Assembly: GCA_009837445.1 (NCBI GenBank)
Contig: VXTM01000047.1
Location: 72,437-136,436 of the forward strand
Source: Acidimicrobiaceae bacterium
GTDB lineage: Bacteria > Actinomycetota > Acidimicrobiia > Acidimicrobiales > Aldehydirespiratoraceae
Direction of reading: 5' to 3'
DNA: 64,000 nt
A program made the position numbers and the translations under genes. How positions within the stretch are numbered: the stretch's first letter is position 1; each line of letters opens with the position of its first letter. The notes beneath the pieces are model-generated. The model was not told the origin of the DNA and ran no database searches. It worked only from the letters and a program-made list of their open reading frames with translations. This document shows, one piece after another, positions 63,431-64,000 of this stretch.

Positions 63431-64000
63431 ATGGCAACTCCAGCGGACCGGCTCTGTCTCCTCACCGTCCACGCTCATCCCGACGACGAGGCGTCCAAGG
63501 GCGCGCCTACGGTGGCCCGCTACCACGCCGAGGGAATCCGGACCGTGCTCGTGTGCTGCACCGGGGGAGAGGAGGGCGAGATCCTCAACCCGGCGCTGGA
63601 CGATCCCTCCATGGCCGACAAGCTGGCCGAGATACGGGCGGCGGAGCTGGCCCGGGCTGCGGAGGTGATCGGCTACGAAGAGGTCGAGATGCTCGGCTAT
63701 CGCGACTCGGGCATGGAGGGATCGGAGGCCAACAACCATCCCGACTGCTTTGCCAGGGCCGATCTGGAGGAGGCGGTGGCCCGGCTGGTGGCGGTGATAC
63801 GCCGTCACCGGCCCCACGTCATCGTCACCTATCCCGAGGATCAGGGCGGCTACATGCATCCGGACCACATACGGGTCCACGATGTCTCCATTCCCGCCTA
63901 CGAACGCGCCGGCGACCCGGCGTACCGCCCCGACCTGGGTGAGCCCTGGGCACCGGCCAAGCTGTACTACACCCTGTGGTCGCGCAAGCGCATCGAGGAG
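63431..64000 (+). CDS. mca: Mycothiol S-conjugate amidase (LmbE/PIG-L family), 5' part; runs off the window
   Basis: ATG at 63431, open for 190 codons to the window end (not in the ORF track because it has no stop). LLTVHAHPDDEASKGAPTVARYHAEG, GGEEGEILNP and GGYMHPDHIRVHD match M. tuberculosis Mca closely as I remember it. The MshB paralog cannot be fully excluded. Confidence 0.8.
   Translation, partial: MATPADRLCLLTVHAHPDDEASKGAPTVARYHAEGIRTVLVCCTGGEEGEILNPALDDPSMADKLAEIRAAELARAAEVIGYEEVEMLGYRDSGMEGSEANNHPDCFARADLEEAVARLVAVIRRHRPHVIVTYPEDQGGYMHPDHIRVHDVSIPAYERAGDPAYRPDLGEPWAPAKLYYTLWSRKRIEE

Overview
High-GC, gene-dense bacterial chromosome segment. Actinobacterial hallmarks: a partial mycothiol S-conjugate amidase gene at the right edge, F420-type LLM and PPOX-like enzymes, a DUF222-HNH (13E12-like) gene, many GTG/TTG starts and 4-nt start/stop overlaps. 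I support 62 protein-coding genes. I see no rRNA, tRNA, CRISPR array, transposase or integrase. All functional calls come from motif recognition by eye; no database search was possible. (1) 47..43129 looks like an accessory catabolic/transport island. It holds a Ski2-like helicase, two tandem MFS paralogs, and a ferredoxin/cupin/cupin/RidA group. It also holds two sets of xanthine-dehydrogenase-family Mo hydroxylase genes: one in an unusual M-L-S-L order with two large subunits, one S-M-L. Further content: four Rieske terminal oxygenases (two with beta subunits), an extradiol dioxygenase, an AtzD/barbiturase-family ring-opening amidohydrolase, a Liv-type ABC importer, amidohydrolases, alpha/beta hydrolases, F420-type enzymes, a heme-oxygenase-like-fold protein, an SDR, a P450 and an ABC-2 exporter. 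The best candidate for something undescribed is a 16-gene, ~16.3-kb minus-strand unit (12463..28770). It couples the ABC importer directly to the ring-opening amidohydrolase, a Rieske monooxygenase, a Mo hydroxylase, an amidohydrolase_2/DHDPS-like/OCD-like trio and a ring-hydroxylating plus ring-cleaving dioxygenase set. I read it as a probable N-heterocycle mineralisation pathway that I cannot map onto any characterised cluster. A 35-nt exact direct repeat (1..35 and 43157..43191) brackets the island. I found no regulator gene and no oxygenase reductase anywhere in the window. (2) 43252..48038 carries a hydrolase, NUDIX, family III CoA-transferase, NTF2-like protein and a CYP125/142-like P450 whose natural ATG appears displaced by one extra C. 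(3) 48039..53836 has visibly lower third-position GC. It carries DUF1330, an NCS2-type permease with an uncharacterised cytoplasmic tail, unknown membrane and soluble proteins, and DUF222-HNH. (4) 53837..64000 looks like core genome: an overlapping A-then-B type IIA topoisomerase pair that is not a canonical gyrase, a Cas4-like PD-(D/E)XK nuclease, an orphan ParA with a possible tail-anchored partner, an MgtE-membrane-module protein with a PhoU/TrkA-C partner, and the start of mca.
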